NCBI GenBank assembly: GCA_964492845.1
Contig: CAZBMZ010000031.1
Location: forward strand, 2,181 to 66,180
Reading direction: 5' to 3'
DNA from: an uncultured Clostridia bacterium
GTDB lineage: Bacteria; Acidobacteriota; Blastocatellia; Chloracidobacteriales; JADJPF01
DNA length: 64,000 nt
This document shows, piece by piece, positions 17,055 to 25,298 of this stretch (position 1 is the first letter of the stretch; each line of letters opens with the position of its first letter). Under the pieces are notes generated by a model. The model saw only the letters and a program-made list of their open reading frames with translations. It did no database searches and was not told the origin of the DNA. The translations under genes and the position numbers were made by a program.

Positions 17055-19934
17055 ATGCTTTCAATTGCTCCAGATTATTTTGACCGGCTAGGCTTGCCGC
17101 GTAATCTTTCTGAAAAAGAATTAGAAAAATTACTTGCTCAACAAGAAGCACGTTATCAAGTGCTGCTAAAAATTCCTGTTAAACGCACTCAAGCGGCACA
17201 AAAACTAGAGCTAATTAAAATTGTAAAAGGCTTACTTAATGCTGCTCCGGTTGTAGAGGATACTTTTGACGCGCTAAATATTGATCAAACAGAACTAAAA
17301 ACACCTGATAGCTTTCCTAAAAAAGCCACACCAAAAGTAAACACAGAACTAATATTTGAAACCTATAAAATTACTGATGAAGGCGAAATAGGCAAACTTC
17401 GGTCATTGATTAATCAATGGGCTGTAAGTATTCCTCATCATGAATATTTAACCCTTGGAACAGATATTGAGGTTTTAACGGTTGAAGAACGCCCAATTTA
17501 TTTAATAGATATTAGATATTTACTAGAAAATAGAGAAGTTATAGCAAAACAAAAACCTTATTTTGGTGAAGCACTCCCAGTCAATACACCTGTAAAAGCT
17601 GATCAAGTTGCAGTTTGGCAGGTAAAAGTTGCTGCTCCTGCTACTTATCAATCCAACACTTTAGAACAAGAAATAACCGCTTCTCGTGAGCGTGTAGATT
17701 GCCCAACTTGTCAACGACAGGGCGAAATGTGGTGTTTAGCTTGTCGTAGTTCAGGACAAGTTGCTTGTAAAGAATGCCAGGGAAAATACCAGTTTAATTG
17801 TCTTGTTTGTAATGGAAAAGGACAAATTACCCAAGGTCAACGCCTTGTAGATTGTAATCAATGTCGTGGTGTAGGAATTGCTATTTGCGGATATTGTCGA
17901 GAAGGTCTAGCAATTTGTTCAACTTGCCAAGGCCAACGCCGCATTGTTTGTAAAGAATGTAGCGGCAAAAGTGAACTTTTAAATTTTCTTAACCTTAAAG
18001 TTAACTATCAGTTACAAACTGCTCAAGCAAATGTTTTTCCTCCAAATTTTCCTGACTTTATACAAAAAAACTTTTCTCCAACAGAAGAAAACATGTTTGT
18101 CTTTCGTCAAGAAGGCGAACAATTTGTTAATGCTCAACCTATTAATGAGATTAAGTATTTAGACTTGCGTAATTCAATTTTAGAGTTAGCTACTAAGCAC
18201 TTGGTGAAAAATGCTTCTGATCCAATTCGTGTCAGCAAGCATTCTGTTTCCGTCCGTCGCTGTCCTGCTATTTACTTAAGTTATAGTTTTGAAGAAAAAG
18301 AATACGAACTTTGGGTTATTGGGTCGGATAAAAGAATTTATTCTCGTACAAGTCCAATTTCTGAATATGATAAAAAACTTGCTCAATTAGCAGCAGAACA
18401 ACTAGCAGCAAATTATTTTCTTAATGCTTTAGAGCTACTTTCAGATGCTTTTCGTCATACACCTAATTCTGCAAGTGCTTTAGTTGTAGTAAATAGCAGC
18501 GTCAAAAAGTTACAAGAGAAATTAAAGACAAAACATTTTTATGAAGTTATTGAAGCTGCAAGCCAAGCAGAAAAGTTTTTAGGTAAAGATTTAGCAGTTA
18601 ATTTTAGTCGCTTAAAGCAACAAGCCATCTCAAATATGCGGCGAGAATATGCTTTAGCAAGCGTTGGGTCAGGTCTACTAATTCTTTTATTTACTTATAT
18701 TTTTATGGGAATAAATGGTCAAGTTTATGCTCGTACTTTGACCATGCAGATTGGTTTTCCCTTGATTATTCTGGTAACTGCTCTAGCTTGGTTTTTAGCC
18801 ATCTATCTTGCAACTCAAATGGCGAGAACAGTTGTTGCTAGTTTAATTAGTTTAGTGCTAATACTTCTTAGTAGTATATTTAGCTTAATCGAGCAAGATG
18901 ATTATTTAGCACGTCGTAAAGGAGAAATTACTGCTCGTTTTGGACAAGGCGATTATGAGTCGTCAAAAGCCGCAATTGAGCCGCTAGAATCATTGATTGC
19001 AATTTCTCCAAAAGATTGGCAATTGCAATTAATGCTAGGTCGGGCCTATGTAAAAGCTACTTACTATGAAAAGGCTGTCCAATGCTTAAATGTAGCACTA
19101 ACCTTAAATAATAATAATGCTGAAATTTACAATGAATTAGGGCTAGCTTTACTAGGTAAAAATGAAAAACAAATGGCTATCAAAAATTTTCGCCAAGCTA
19201 TAAACCTTCGTTTACCAACAATTTACCGTGAAGCTTATCAAAACTTAGCCCGTGCTTTGGATATGGCTTATATTGATGGGGCAACATTAACAATGGGACG
19301 TAGCGATAATGTGCTAGATTCGCCTGTCCATAGCGTTATTGTAGAAGGTTTTTTAATAGATAAATTTGAGGTGACTAATCAAGATTACTTAGAATTTATT
19401 AAAGATACTAACTATATTGCCCCAAGCAATTGGACTAATGACAATCCAAAGCCAGGCACGGAAAAAATGCCTGTAACAGGTATAAGCCTAATGGATGCTA
19501 GAGCTTTTGCTGAATGGAAAGCTAAAAAAACAAGCTTTGCTTCTCGACTTCCTAAAGAAGCAGAATGGGAGCTAGCTGCACGAGGGGCAAAGGGAAGAAA
19601 TTTCCCTTGGGGTGATGGGTGGAAAGCTAATTTAGCTAATGTTAAGGCGGGAGAAGGACGACTAGCTAATGTTGGAAGTTTTAGCCAAGGAAATAGTCCT
19701 GAAGGTGTCGCTGATTTGTTAGGCAATGTTGCTGAATGGATAGACGAGCCGCTAAAAGTTTACCCAAATGGCAAAGCTATTATTAATGCTGAACTTTGGA
19801 TAGTCCGAGGCGGAGCCTATGATAGTCTTCCTACACAAGTACACGGGGCTAGCCGTAGTGGGGCAGTAGCAGAAAAGCGAGATTATCCAAATATAGGTTT
19901 TAGATGTGTAATTAGTGCTAGCGAAATAAAATAG
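17055..19934 (+). CDS. Multidomain membrane protein: DnaJ-type Cys-rich zinc-finger cluster, 3 TM helices, TPR repeats, C-terminal FGE-sulfatase (SUMF1-like) domain
   Basis: Eight CxxC motifs in ~90 aa (CPTC, CLAC, CKEC, CLVC, CNQC, CGYC, CSTC, CKEC). Hydrophobic helices around aa 545-620, then TPR-like AIEPLESLIAISPKDWQLQLMLGRAYVKATYYEKAVQCL. FGE domain motifs: LIDKFEVTNQDYLEF, RLPKEAEWELAARG, GNVAEWIDE, VRGGAY, NIGFRCV. Confidence 0.75.
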   Translation: MLSIAPDYFDRLGLPRNLSEKELEKLLAQQEARYQVLLKIPVKRTQAAQKLELIKIVKGLLNAAPVVEDTFDALNIDQTELKTPDSFPKKATPKVNTELIFETYKITDEGEIGKLRSLINQWAVSIPHHEYLTLGTDIEVLTVEERPIYLIDIRYLLENREVIAKQKPYFGEALPVNTPVKADQVAVWQVKVAAPATYQSNTLEQEITASRERVDCPTCQRQGEMWCLACRSSGQVACKECQGKYQFNCLVCNGKGQITQGQRLVDCNQCRGVGIAICGYCREGLAICSTCQGQRRIVCKECSGKSELLNFLNLKVNYQLQTAQANVFPPNFPDFIQKNFSPTEENMFVFRQEGEQFVNAQPINEIKYLDLRNSILELATKHLVKNASDPIRVSKHSVSVRRCPAIYLSYSFEEKEYELWVIGSDKRIYSRTSPISEYDKKLAQLAAEQLAANYFLNALELLSDAFRHTPNSASALVVVNSSVKKLQEKLKTKHFYEVIEAASQAEKFLGKDLAVNFSRLKQQAISNMRREYALASVGSGLLILLFTYIFMGINGQVYARTLTMQIGFPLIILVTALAWFLAIYLATQMARTVVASLISLVLILLSSIFSLIEQDDYLARRKGEITARFGQGDYESSKAAIEPLESLIAISPKDWQLQLMLGRAYVKATYYEKAVQCLNVALTLNNNNAEIYNELGLALLGKNEKQMAIKNFRQAINLRLPTIYREAYQNLARALDMAYIDGATLTMGRSDNVLDSPVHSVIVEGFLIDKFEVTNQDYLEFIKDTNYIAPSNWTNDNPKPGTEKMPVTGISLMDARAFAEWKAKKTSFASRLPKEAEWELAARGAKGRNFPWGDGWKANLANVKAGEGRLANVGSFSQGNSPEGVADLLGNVAEWIDEPLKVYPNGKAIINAELWIVRGGAYDSLPTQVHGASRSGAVAEKRDYPNIGFRCVISASEIK

Positions 19935-19945
19935 CAACTTAAAAC

Positions 19946-19986
19946 AAATCCTTGGAATTGGAGATCTTAACCAATTCCAAGGATTT
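19946..19986. terminator. Perfect 16-bp-stem hairpin between convergent genes (likely bidirectional terminator)
   Basis: AAATCCTTGGAATTGG-9nt-CCAATTCCAAGGATTT. On the minus strand it is followed by GTTTT. Confidence 0.7.
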
Positions 19987-20053
19987 AATAAGAGGCACTA
20001 TGAACAATAAACTTTCTCAGAGAGGAAAATTAAAATATTAACAACACTACAAT

Positions 20054-20953
20054 CTAGTAATATCTAGTTACCAAAACAGGACATTTGGCCGCACGTAAAA
20101 TTTTGTCTGTAGTTGTACCAAATAAATATTCTTTCTTGGAATCCTTACCATGTGCGCCAATACAAATTAAATCCACATTTCTTTCTTCTATATGATCTAA
20201 CAATTCTTGGTAAGGCTCTCCTTCAGCAACAAAACGAGTAATTTTTAACTCTTTGTCTGTTTCTGGGATTAATTGTTCCATATGATTCATGCTTTGGTGT
20301 ACAGGATTACCAAATACAGGAGAACCAGTAGAAATATCGCTAGGCAATACTTGTAGTAAATCTATTGATGAGCCGTAAGTTTTAGCCAACTCTAAAGCAT
20401 AGGAGAAAGCTTGTTTAGAGTATTTAGAAAAATCACATCCTACTAAAATACGTGAAAGCTCTACTTTATTAGTTTCATCATTAACCCAGGATTTTTCATT
20501 TGGATGAATTACTAATATAGGACAAGGAGCAACTTTACAAACTATTTCAGTTGTTGAACCAAGTAAAGCAGCGGCTAATGGGCGACGACGCGAGAGCATA
20601 ACAATTAAATCTATTTCTTGTTCTATGGCTGTTGCAACAATTTTATTAGCTGGATCTCCTTGGCTAACAATTACTTCCCAATCAGGAATTGGAATATCTG
20701 AAGGGCTTAAATAAGCAGCTAGGGATTTAGTAAAACTAGTTTCTACATCAAAATAAGCCGTGTCATTTGTTTCATCAAATTCTTCTATAGAATAAAAACA
20801 AAAAAGTTTGGCACCATATGAACGCGCTAGCAATAAAGCGTAGTCTAAAGCTTCGTCAGATTCGGGAGTAAGTGAGCTAGCACATAAAATGCGTTTAATA
20901 CTAGCTTTGGGTAGTGGTATTGAAGGATAAGTTTGAGATTTTGTTGTTGACAT
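20054..20953 (-). CDS. Tandem universal stress protein (two UspA domains)
   Basis: Two Usp halves, each ending in a G..G......GS...K+.....CPVLV-type motif (LLGSTTEIVCKVAPCPILVI; LFGTTTDKILRAAKCPVLVT). I prefer the start MSTTKSQ at 20953 over the track start at 21022. Confidence 0.8.
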   Translation of the reverse strand: MSTTKSQTYPSIPLPKASIKRILCASSLTPESDEALDYALLLARSYGAKLFCFYSIEEFDETNDTAYFDVETSFTKSLAAYLSPSDIPIPDWEVIVSQGDPANKIVATAIEQEIDLIVMLSRRRPLAAALLGSTTEIVCKVAPCPILVIHPNEKSWVNDETNKVELSRILVGCDFSKYSKQAFSYALELAKTYGSSIDLLQVLPSDISTGSPVFGNPVHQSMNHMEQLIPETDKELKITRFVAEGEPYQELLDHIEERNVDLICIGAHGKDSKKEYLFGTTTDKILRAAKCPVLVTRYY

Positions 20954-21293
20954 AATTATTTCGCCTTTTGGCGACCCCCTTTCATCGGCTTTGAATAACT
21001 GCTTACGCAATAAGTGTTCCAAAGTAAAAATTGTCTGGAAAAATTGTAAAAAAAATAATTTAAAAGAAATTTTTAAGATAAATTAAATATAATTTCTTTA
21101 TTATCAATAAATTAGTAATCATATGATTGTCCTATACATCCATTAAAATTAATTAATTTTAATTCTATTAAATGTGATTTTTTTCCCATTGCTTTGAGTA
21201 ATTTTTCAATTATTAATCTATCGAATTTTTATAAATTGTTTTATTATCAAAAAGGTGTTGCTGGAAATATTAGTTACGTTTGGAGTATAAAGT

Positions 21294-22277
21294 ATGAAAA
21301 CTATAACGCAGAAAATCTACGCAGTAATATTAATAGGTGTTATTCTTTGTTATTCTTCAGCAACAATTTATGGACAAAAGCCTCAACAAGAAGAACTTAG
21401 TGATGCCCAAAAAACCTTGCAAGAAATGGGCATTGAATATAAAACAGATGCTTTTCGCATAGCTATAGCCGCAGGAGATATAGATGTAGTTCGATTGTTT
21501 ATTGATTCTCAGCTAAATTTTGAAGCAAATGTATTTAGTCATGAATTTAACAAAGAAGTGCTAATTAAAGAGGTTACGTATAATGCTGTAAGTAAAGGAC
21601 AAATTGTTATTGCAAAACTTCTTTTAGACTCATTTCCAAATATTATTTTTGTAGAAGAATTTGATAAAGATTTAATAAAAGCTGCTTTATCTTTAGGAAA
21701 TATAAGCTTGCTAAAAATGCTATTAGATAGAAGTATTGGGATAAACTACATAAAGAATAGTTTTTTACAATCACCTATTAGGAATGATAAAGCTGTTATC
21801 AAATTACTTGAACAAAGAGGATTAATTTCTATAAAAAATAAGGAAGAATTTGATAGAGAATTAAAAATAGCTTTAAATGAGCAGTATGCAATAGAAGCTA
21901 TGAGGCTATTTCATTCAGTACAGGCTATTTATCAAGCAGGTGTAGGTAATGGCAATTTTGGTTCGGCTGAAGAAATTTTCAAAAATAGCTTAATTGATGG
22001 TGCTTTGGCAAATGCTGCGGGTGTTGGGCCTATGGAAGCCGAAGGTATAACCTGCATAGGTGATGGAAGTGCTAAAGATGGTTATAAGTTCTTGGTTTTT
22101 AAGAAAGATGCAGATCAAGGAAATCTAGCTGATTTTGTTGTAATTGCAATACCAATAATAGCTCAAGGAAATGATAGAACAGGCAATCGTAGTTTTTATG
22201 TAGATGCTACAGGTGTAATTAGAATGTGTAATGCTAATGAAACACCATCAGAAAATAGTAGTCCTGTTGGTGATTAA
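21294..22277 (+). CDS. Secreted protein: ankyrin-like repeats plus a C-terminal domain resembling the globular part of type IV pilin-like proteins
   Basis: Signal peptide present. Ankyrin-like AIAAGDIDVVRLFIDSQLNFEANV, AVSKGQIVIAKLLLD, ALSLGNISLLKMLLD. C-terminal NEQYAIEAMRLFHSVQAIYQAGVGNGNFGSAEE...LIDGALANA...DGYKFLVF matches my memory of acidobacterial pilin-like proteins (..AI..LR.I.SAQATYQ...GNGNYG...LID..LA...GY.F). Confidence 0.5.
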   Translation: MKTITQKIYAVILIGVILCYSSATIYGQKPQQEELSDAQKTLQEMGIEYKTDAFRIAIAAGDIDVVRLFIDSQLNFEANVFSHEFNKEVLIKEVTYNAVSKGQIVIAKLLLDSFPNIIFVEEFDKDLIKAALSLGNISLLKMLLDRSIGINYIKNSFLQSPIRNDKAVIKLLEQRGLISIKNKEEFDRELKIALNEQYAIEAMRLFHSVQAIYQAGVGNGNFGSAEEIFKNSLIDGALANAAGVGPMEAEGITCIGDGSAKDGYKFLVFKKDADQGNLADFVVIAIPIIAQGNDRTGNRSFYVDATGVIRMCNANETPSENSSPVGD

Positions 22278-22296
22278 ATACAGTGTTTGCTATATG

Positions 22297-22602
22297 TTAG
22301 CTGGCTCTAGCTAGCCCTTCTACAGCTTTAATATTTCTAACCTTTGTTGGTTTTCTACCTAATTTTTTCTCCATTTTTGCTTTAAGCAATGCTTCATCAA
22401 CTAAACGTAATTTATGGAGCAGTTGCGCACGTAGTTTTGCTGTCAGTGGATTAATATAAGGCCAGTTATCAGCATAAGACTCAACAACAAGTAATGCTCG
22501 GATTTTTCTTCGTTCTTTTGCTAATTTGGCTATTGTGTCTTGTTCTGCGATTAAAGCATTTTTTACAGGTTTTTTTAGAATAGAAGTAATATGCTTTTTC
22601 AT
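22297..22602 (-). CDS. Small basic hypothetical protein
   Basis: 101-aa ORF in the track; helical, K/R-rich; no motif recognised. Confidence 0.4.
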   Translation of the reverse strand: MKKHITSILKKPVKNALIAEQDTIAKLAKERRKIRALLVVESYADNWPYINPLTAKLRAQLLHKLRLVDEALLKAKMEKKLGRKPTKVRNIKAVEGLARAS

Positions 22603-22691
22603 AATACCACCTTCTTTCCTACTTACTCTTTACGCAACTGCTATTCCTAAATAATAATTAAATTAAGTGTTTAGCCATTGGAGTAGAACAA

Positions 22692-23570
22692 GTGCCAGCA
22701 ATCTCTAATAAAAATAGTTATTCTCAAAAAGTTGAGCGAGTTTTATTAATTATTTTGCTATTAAATATAGTAGTAGTAATTATAAAAGGCGTTACAAGTT
22801 GGTTAACTTCCTCGTTAACTGTTCTTACAGATACTATTCATTCTTCAATGGATGCAGCAAATAATATAGTAGGAATACTAATTATTCGTTATGCTTCTGC
22901 ACCACCAGACAAAGAACACCCTTATGGACACGACAAATTTGAGACTTTAGGAGCTTTTTCAATTGCTGCTTTTCTTGCTGTGACTTGTTTTGAAATTTCT
23001 AGCCGAGCTTTACAACAAATTATGACAGGGCAAACACCTATTACTAATATTGGAAAAAGCACTTTTTTAATGATGCTTTTAACTATTGTTATCAATATTT
23101 TTGTAGCTAAATATGAAGCAAATCAAGGAAAACAACTTAATAGTCATTTATTAATAGCTGATGCTGGACATACAATGTCAGATGTTTATGTTACTTTGTC
23201 AGTAATACTAAGTTTGTTTTTTAGTTGGTTTGGTTATGGTCAGATAGATGCGTTTTTTGCGCTTGCTATTGCAGGTTTTATTGCTTATCAAAGTTATCAA
23301 ATTTTTCGTCAAACAATTCCTGTTTTAGTTGATGCTGCTAGTCTTGATTCAAGCGAAATAGAAAAACTTACTTTAACAGTACCAGGAGTAAAATACTGTA
23401 ATAATATTCGTTCTCGTGGAAAACCTGGAGCATTGTTTGTAGAAATGGTTATAACTGTTATGCCAGAAAGCTTGGAAAAAGCTCATGAAGTAACAGAACA
23501 AATTGAAAAAAAACTTAAAGACCAATTTGGCCGCGTGGCAATAACAATTCATTTTGAGCCTGGCAAGTAA
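22692..23570 (+). CDS. Cation diffusion facilitator (CDF) family divalent-metal efflux transporter
   Basis: GTG start with GGAG upstream. Six TM helices, metal-site motifs HSSMDAANN and DAGHTMSDVYV, HPYGHDKFE loop, C-terminal cytoplasmic domain. Confidence 0.85.
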   Translation: MPAISNKNSYSQKVERVLLIILLLNIVVVIIKGVTSWLTSSLTVLTDTIHSSMDAANNIVGILIIRYASAPPDKEHPYGHDKFETLGAFSIAAFLAVTCFEISSRALQQIMTGQTPITNIGKSTFLMMLLTIVINIFVAKYEANQGKQLNSHLLIADAGHTMSDVYVTLSVILSLFFSWFGYGQIDAFFALAIAGFIAYQSYQIFRQTIPVLVDAASLDSSEIEKLTLTVPGVKYCNNIRSRGKPGALFVEMVITVMPESLEKAHEVTEQIEKKLKDQFGRVAITIHFEPGK

Positions 23571-23589
23571 TTATAATAGTTAAAATAAC

Positions 23590-23994
23590 TTAAGCAAGTT
23601 GCTCTTCAAGGCTATCAAGTTTTTGGCAATCCTGACATAAGCCAGTGATCTTTAAGGAAACCTCTTCTACCTTAAATCCTAAAGGTAGGGAAAAATTGCT
23701 AGTTGGAGGTATTGCTAAATCCATTAAATCTGCTACTTGGTGGCAATTACGACAAAATAAATGGTCATGTCGGTTTAACATACCATCATAACGGACATAA
23801 TCTTCACCAAAAGAAACTTGTTTAATTAGTCCGTGATCAGATAAATACTTAAGCGAATTATAGACAGTAGCAAAGCTAAGGCGTGGAGATTTTTGTATTG
23901 CACGGTCAAAGACTTGACGTGCTGTAGGATGATCCATACTAGCTTTTACTACATCAAAAACTGTTTTGCGATGGGAAGTAAGTTGGTATTTCAT
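23590..23994 (-). CDS. Fur-family metalloregulator (Zur/Fur/PerR-like)
   Basis: Winged-helix part (HPTARQVFDRA....SFATVYNSLKYLSDHGLIKQV), HDHLFCRNCHQV and CQDCQ (two CxxC pairs, a structural Zn site). Convergent with the CDF gene. Confidence 0.85.
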   Translation of the reverse strand: MKYQLTSHRKTVFDVVKASMDHPTARQVFDRAIQKSPRLSFATVYNSLKYLSDHGLIKQVSFGEDYVRYDGMLNRHDHLFCRNCHQVADLMDLAIPPTSNFSLPLGFKVEEVSLKITGLCQDCQKLDSLEEQLA

Positions 23995-24001
23995 AATTTT
24001 G

Positions 24002-24031
24002 ATATTAGAATAGTTCTAAAATTTAAGTCAA
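24002..24031 (-). promoter_or_regulatory. Candidate sigma70-type promoter of the Fur-family gene with embedded 6-3-6 palindrome; predicts a leaderless mRNA
   Basis: Minus strand reads TTGACT (24031..24026), 18 nt, TAATAT (24007..24002), 7 nt, then ATG (23994). No SD is present. The palindrome TTAGAA-TAG-TTCTAA (24005..24019) overlaps the spacer and the -10. Confidence 0.4.
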
Positions 24032-24036
24032 GAGAC

Positions 24037-24056
24037 ATTTTGCAAGATTGCAAAAT
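24037..24056. promoter_or_regulatory. Perfect 9-2-9 inverted repeat just upstream of the candidate -35 (possible operator)
   Basis: ATTTTGCAA-GA-TTGCAAAAT, read directly from the sequence. Confidence 0.35.
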
Positions 24057-24116
24057 AATTAATTTCAATAGGTTAAAGCAAAAACTAATCTCTAAAACAT
24101 TGATACTAAGAAATAA

Positions 24117-24151
24117 AGCCACTAGAGAATAAATTTAATTTTCTAGTGGCT
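24117..24151 (-). terminator. Terminator hairpin of the K/D-rich coiled-coil gene
   Basis: AGCCACTAGA-14nt-TCTAGTGGCT (10-bp perfect stem) with T-rich flanks on both strands, 29 nt after the stop at 24180. Confidence 0.7.
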
Positions 24152-24179
24152 TTATTGCTCTAACTATGTTTACTAAATA

Positions 24180-25052
24180 TTACTTAATTGATACGCCTTT
24201 ACTTCTAGCGTCTCGTTGTAATTCTTGTAGTGCTGCACCTGATTTTTGTAAATCCTCTTGAGCTTTTTGCATTTCTCTTTGTGCTTCTTCAAGGATTCTC
24301 TTTGTTTCTGGATCTGTATAATAAGGATTTCCTACTCTGTTGCCATTATTGGAACGACCTTGTAAAGCGCGTTGTTGAGCTTCGTTAATTCGGCTTTGAT
24401 AAAGCTGGATTTTGCTTTCGGCCATACGTTGCTTTTCTGATAAGTCACTATAGTTTTTAGTGTAATAAGTTGGGTTGGGTCGTCCATCTTTGTCAGTTTT
24501 AGGAATTTCTTCTTTTTTAGCTTTATAGCCAGAAGTTTCTCCTTCTTTCTTAAAACCATCAATAGATTTTTGTGTTTCATCATACTTGCTATTTAAGTTT
24601 TTTAGATTGTTTTCAGCTTGTCTAAGCTGTTCTGAAAGGGCATCAAAATCTTGTGGATTACCGCCGCCTGCACGTAATCTATTACGCATTTGTTGAACAG
24701 ACAATTCAAGTTGAGTTTTTTGCTGGTCTAATTCTTTATTCTTTTTCTCTACTTCAGCATATTTCTTTTGCCAATCTTGTTCTTTTTTAGCTTGTTCGAC
24801 TTTAGCAGGATCTTTATCGTCTTTGCCATCTTTACCGTCTTTATCATCTTTACTATCTTTATCCTTGCCTTCATCATCTTTACTTGCTAATTCTTTTTCT
24901 TTATCTTTTTCTTTATCTTTTTCTTCTGTTGTTTTAGCATCGGAACGTTGTCCAGATGGAAAATCATCATTAGTTAAAGTTTTAGATCCTTGGGCAAAAA
25001 CAGGGAGACTTAGACTTAAAATTAAACCGAGCGTTAAAATAATCCAACGCAT
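24180..25052 (-). CDS. Secreted coiled-coil protein with K/D/E low-complexity N-terminal region
   Basis: Signal peptide MRWIILTLGLILSLSLPVFAQG. Low-complexity EEKDKEKDKEKELASKDDEGKDKDSKDDKDGKDGKDDKD, then long heptad-like Q/E/K helices. Confidence 0.6.
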   Translation of the reverse strand: MRWIILTLGLILSLSLPVFAQGSKTLTNDDFPSGQRSDAKTTEEKDKEKDKEKELASKDDEGKDKDSKDDKDGKDGKDDKDPAKVEQAKKEQDWQKKYAEVEKKNKELDQQKTQLELSVQQMRNRLRAGGGNPQDFDALSEQLRQAENNLKNLNSKYDETQKSIDGFKKEGETSGYKAKKEEIPKTDKDGRPNPTYYTKNYSDLSEKQRMAESKIQLYQSRINEAQQRALQGRSNNGNRVGNPYYTDPETKRILEEAQREMQKAQEDLQKSGAALQELQRDARSKGVSIK

Positions 25053-25298
25053 GACTTACCTCCTAGAATAAAAACCCTTAAATTGAATTTTTTGTGTAAA
25101 CTCGATACTACTAAATTAAACCAAATTTTGCAAGTCTTGAAGTTACTTGATTTTAGTAGCACTTGGATTACTAGCAGAGTTAATTAGTTTGCTAGTAAAA
25201 CTAATTAAGAGCTAAGAGAGTTTCTTTGCTTTGCTATTCAAAAAAGAAAAAACTAGCTATATTCTCCAAGTTTTAATCTATACAAAGCGGGATGTTTT

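Noticed and set aside
17055-17250. Calling the N-terminus of the 959-aa protein a J domain
   Set aside because: The opening phrase is DnaJ-like, but no HPD tripeptide is present in the first ~80 residues. I describe it only as J-like.
21194-21400. 68-aa ORF overlapping the start of the ankyrin/pilin-like gene; also 23893..24132, 24332..24583, 24823..25071, 1960..2145, 3146..3337, 15866..16177, 15891..16097, 19412..19937, 25433..25630, 28666..28854, 41194..41765, 46593..46778, 50911..51114, 54495..54749 and 62107..62328
   Set aside because: All are short ORFs nested in, or antisense to, much longer genes with clear family motifs. None has an independent signal.
25169-25208. H-type pseudoknot interpretation of the interleaved inverted repeats
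   Set aside because: The linkers are 3, 1 and 2 nt. This is too short for loops to cross 8- and 9-bp helices, so simultaneous formation of both full stems is sterically implausible. I kept the element only as alternative hairpins or overlapping operators.
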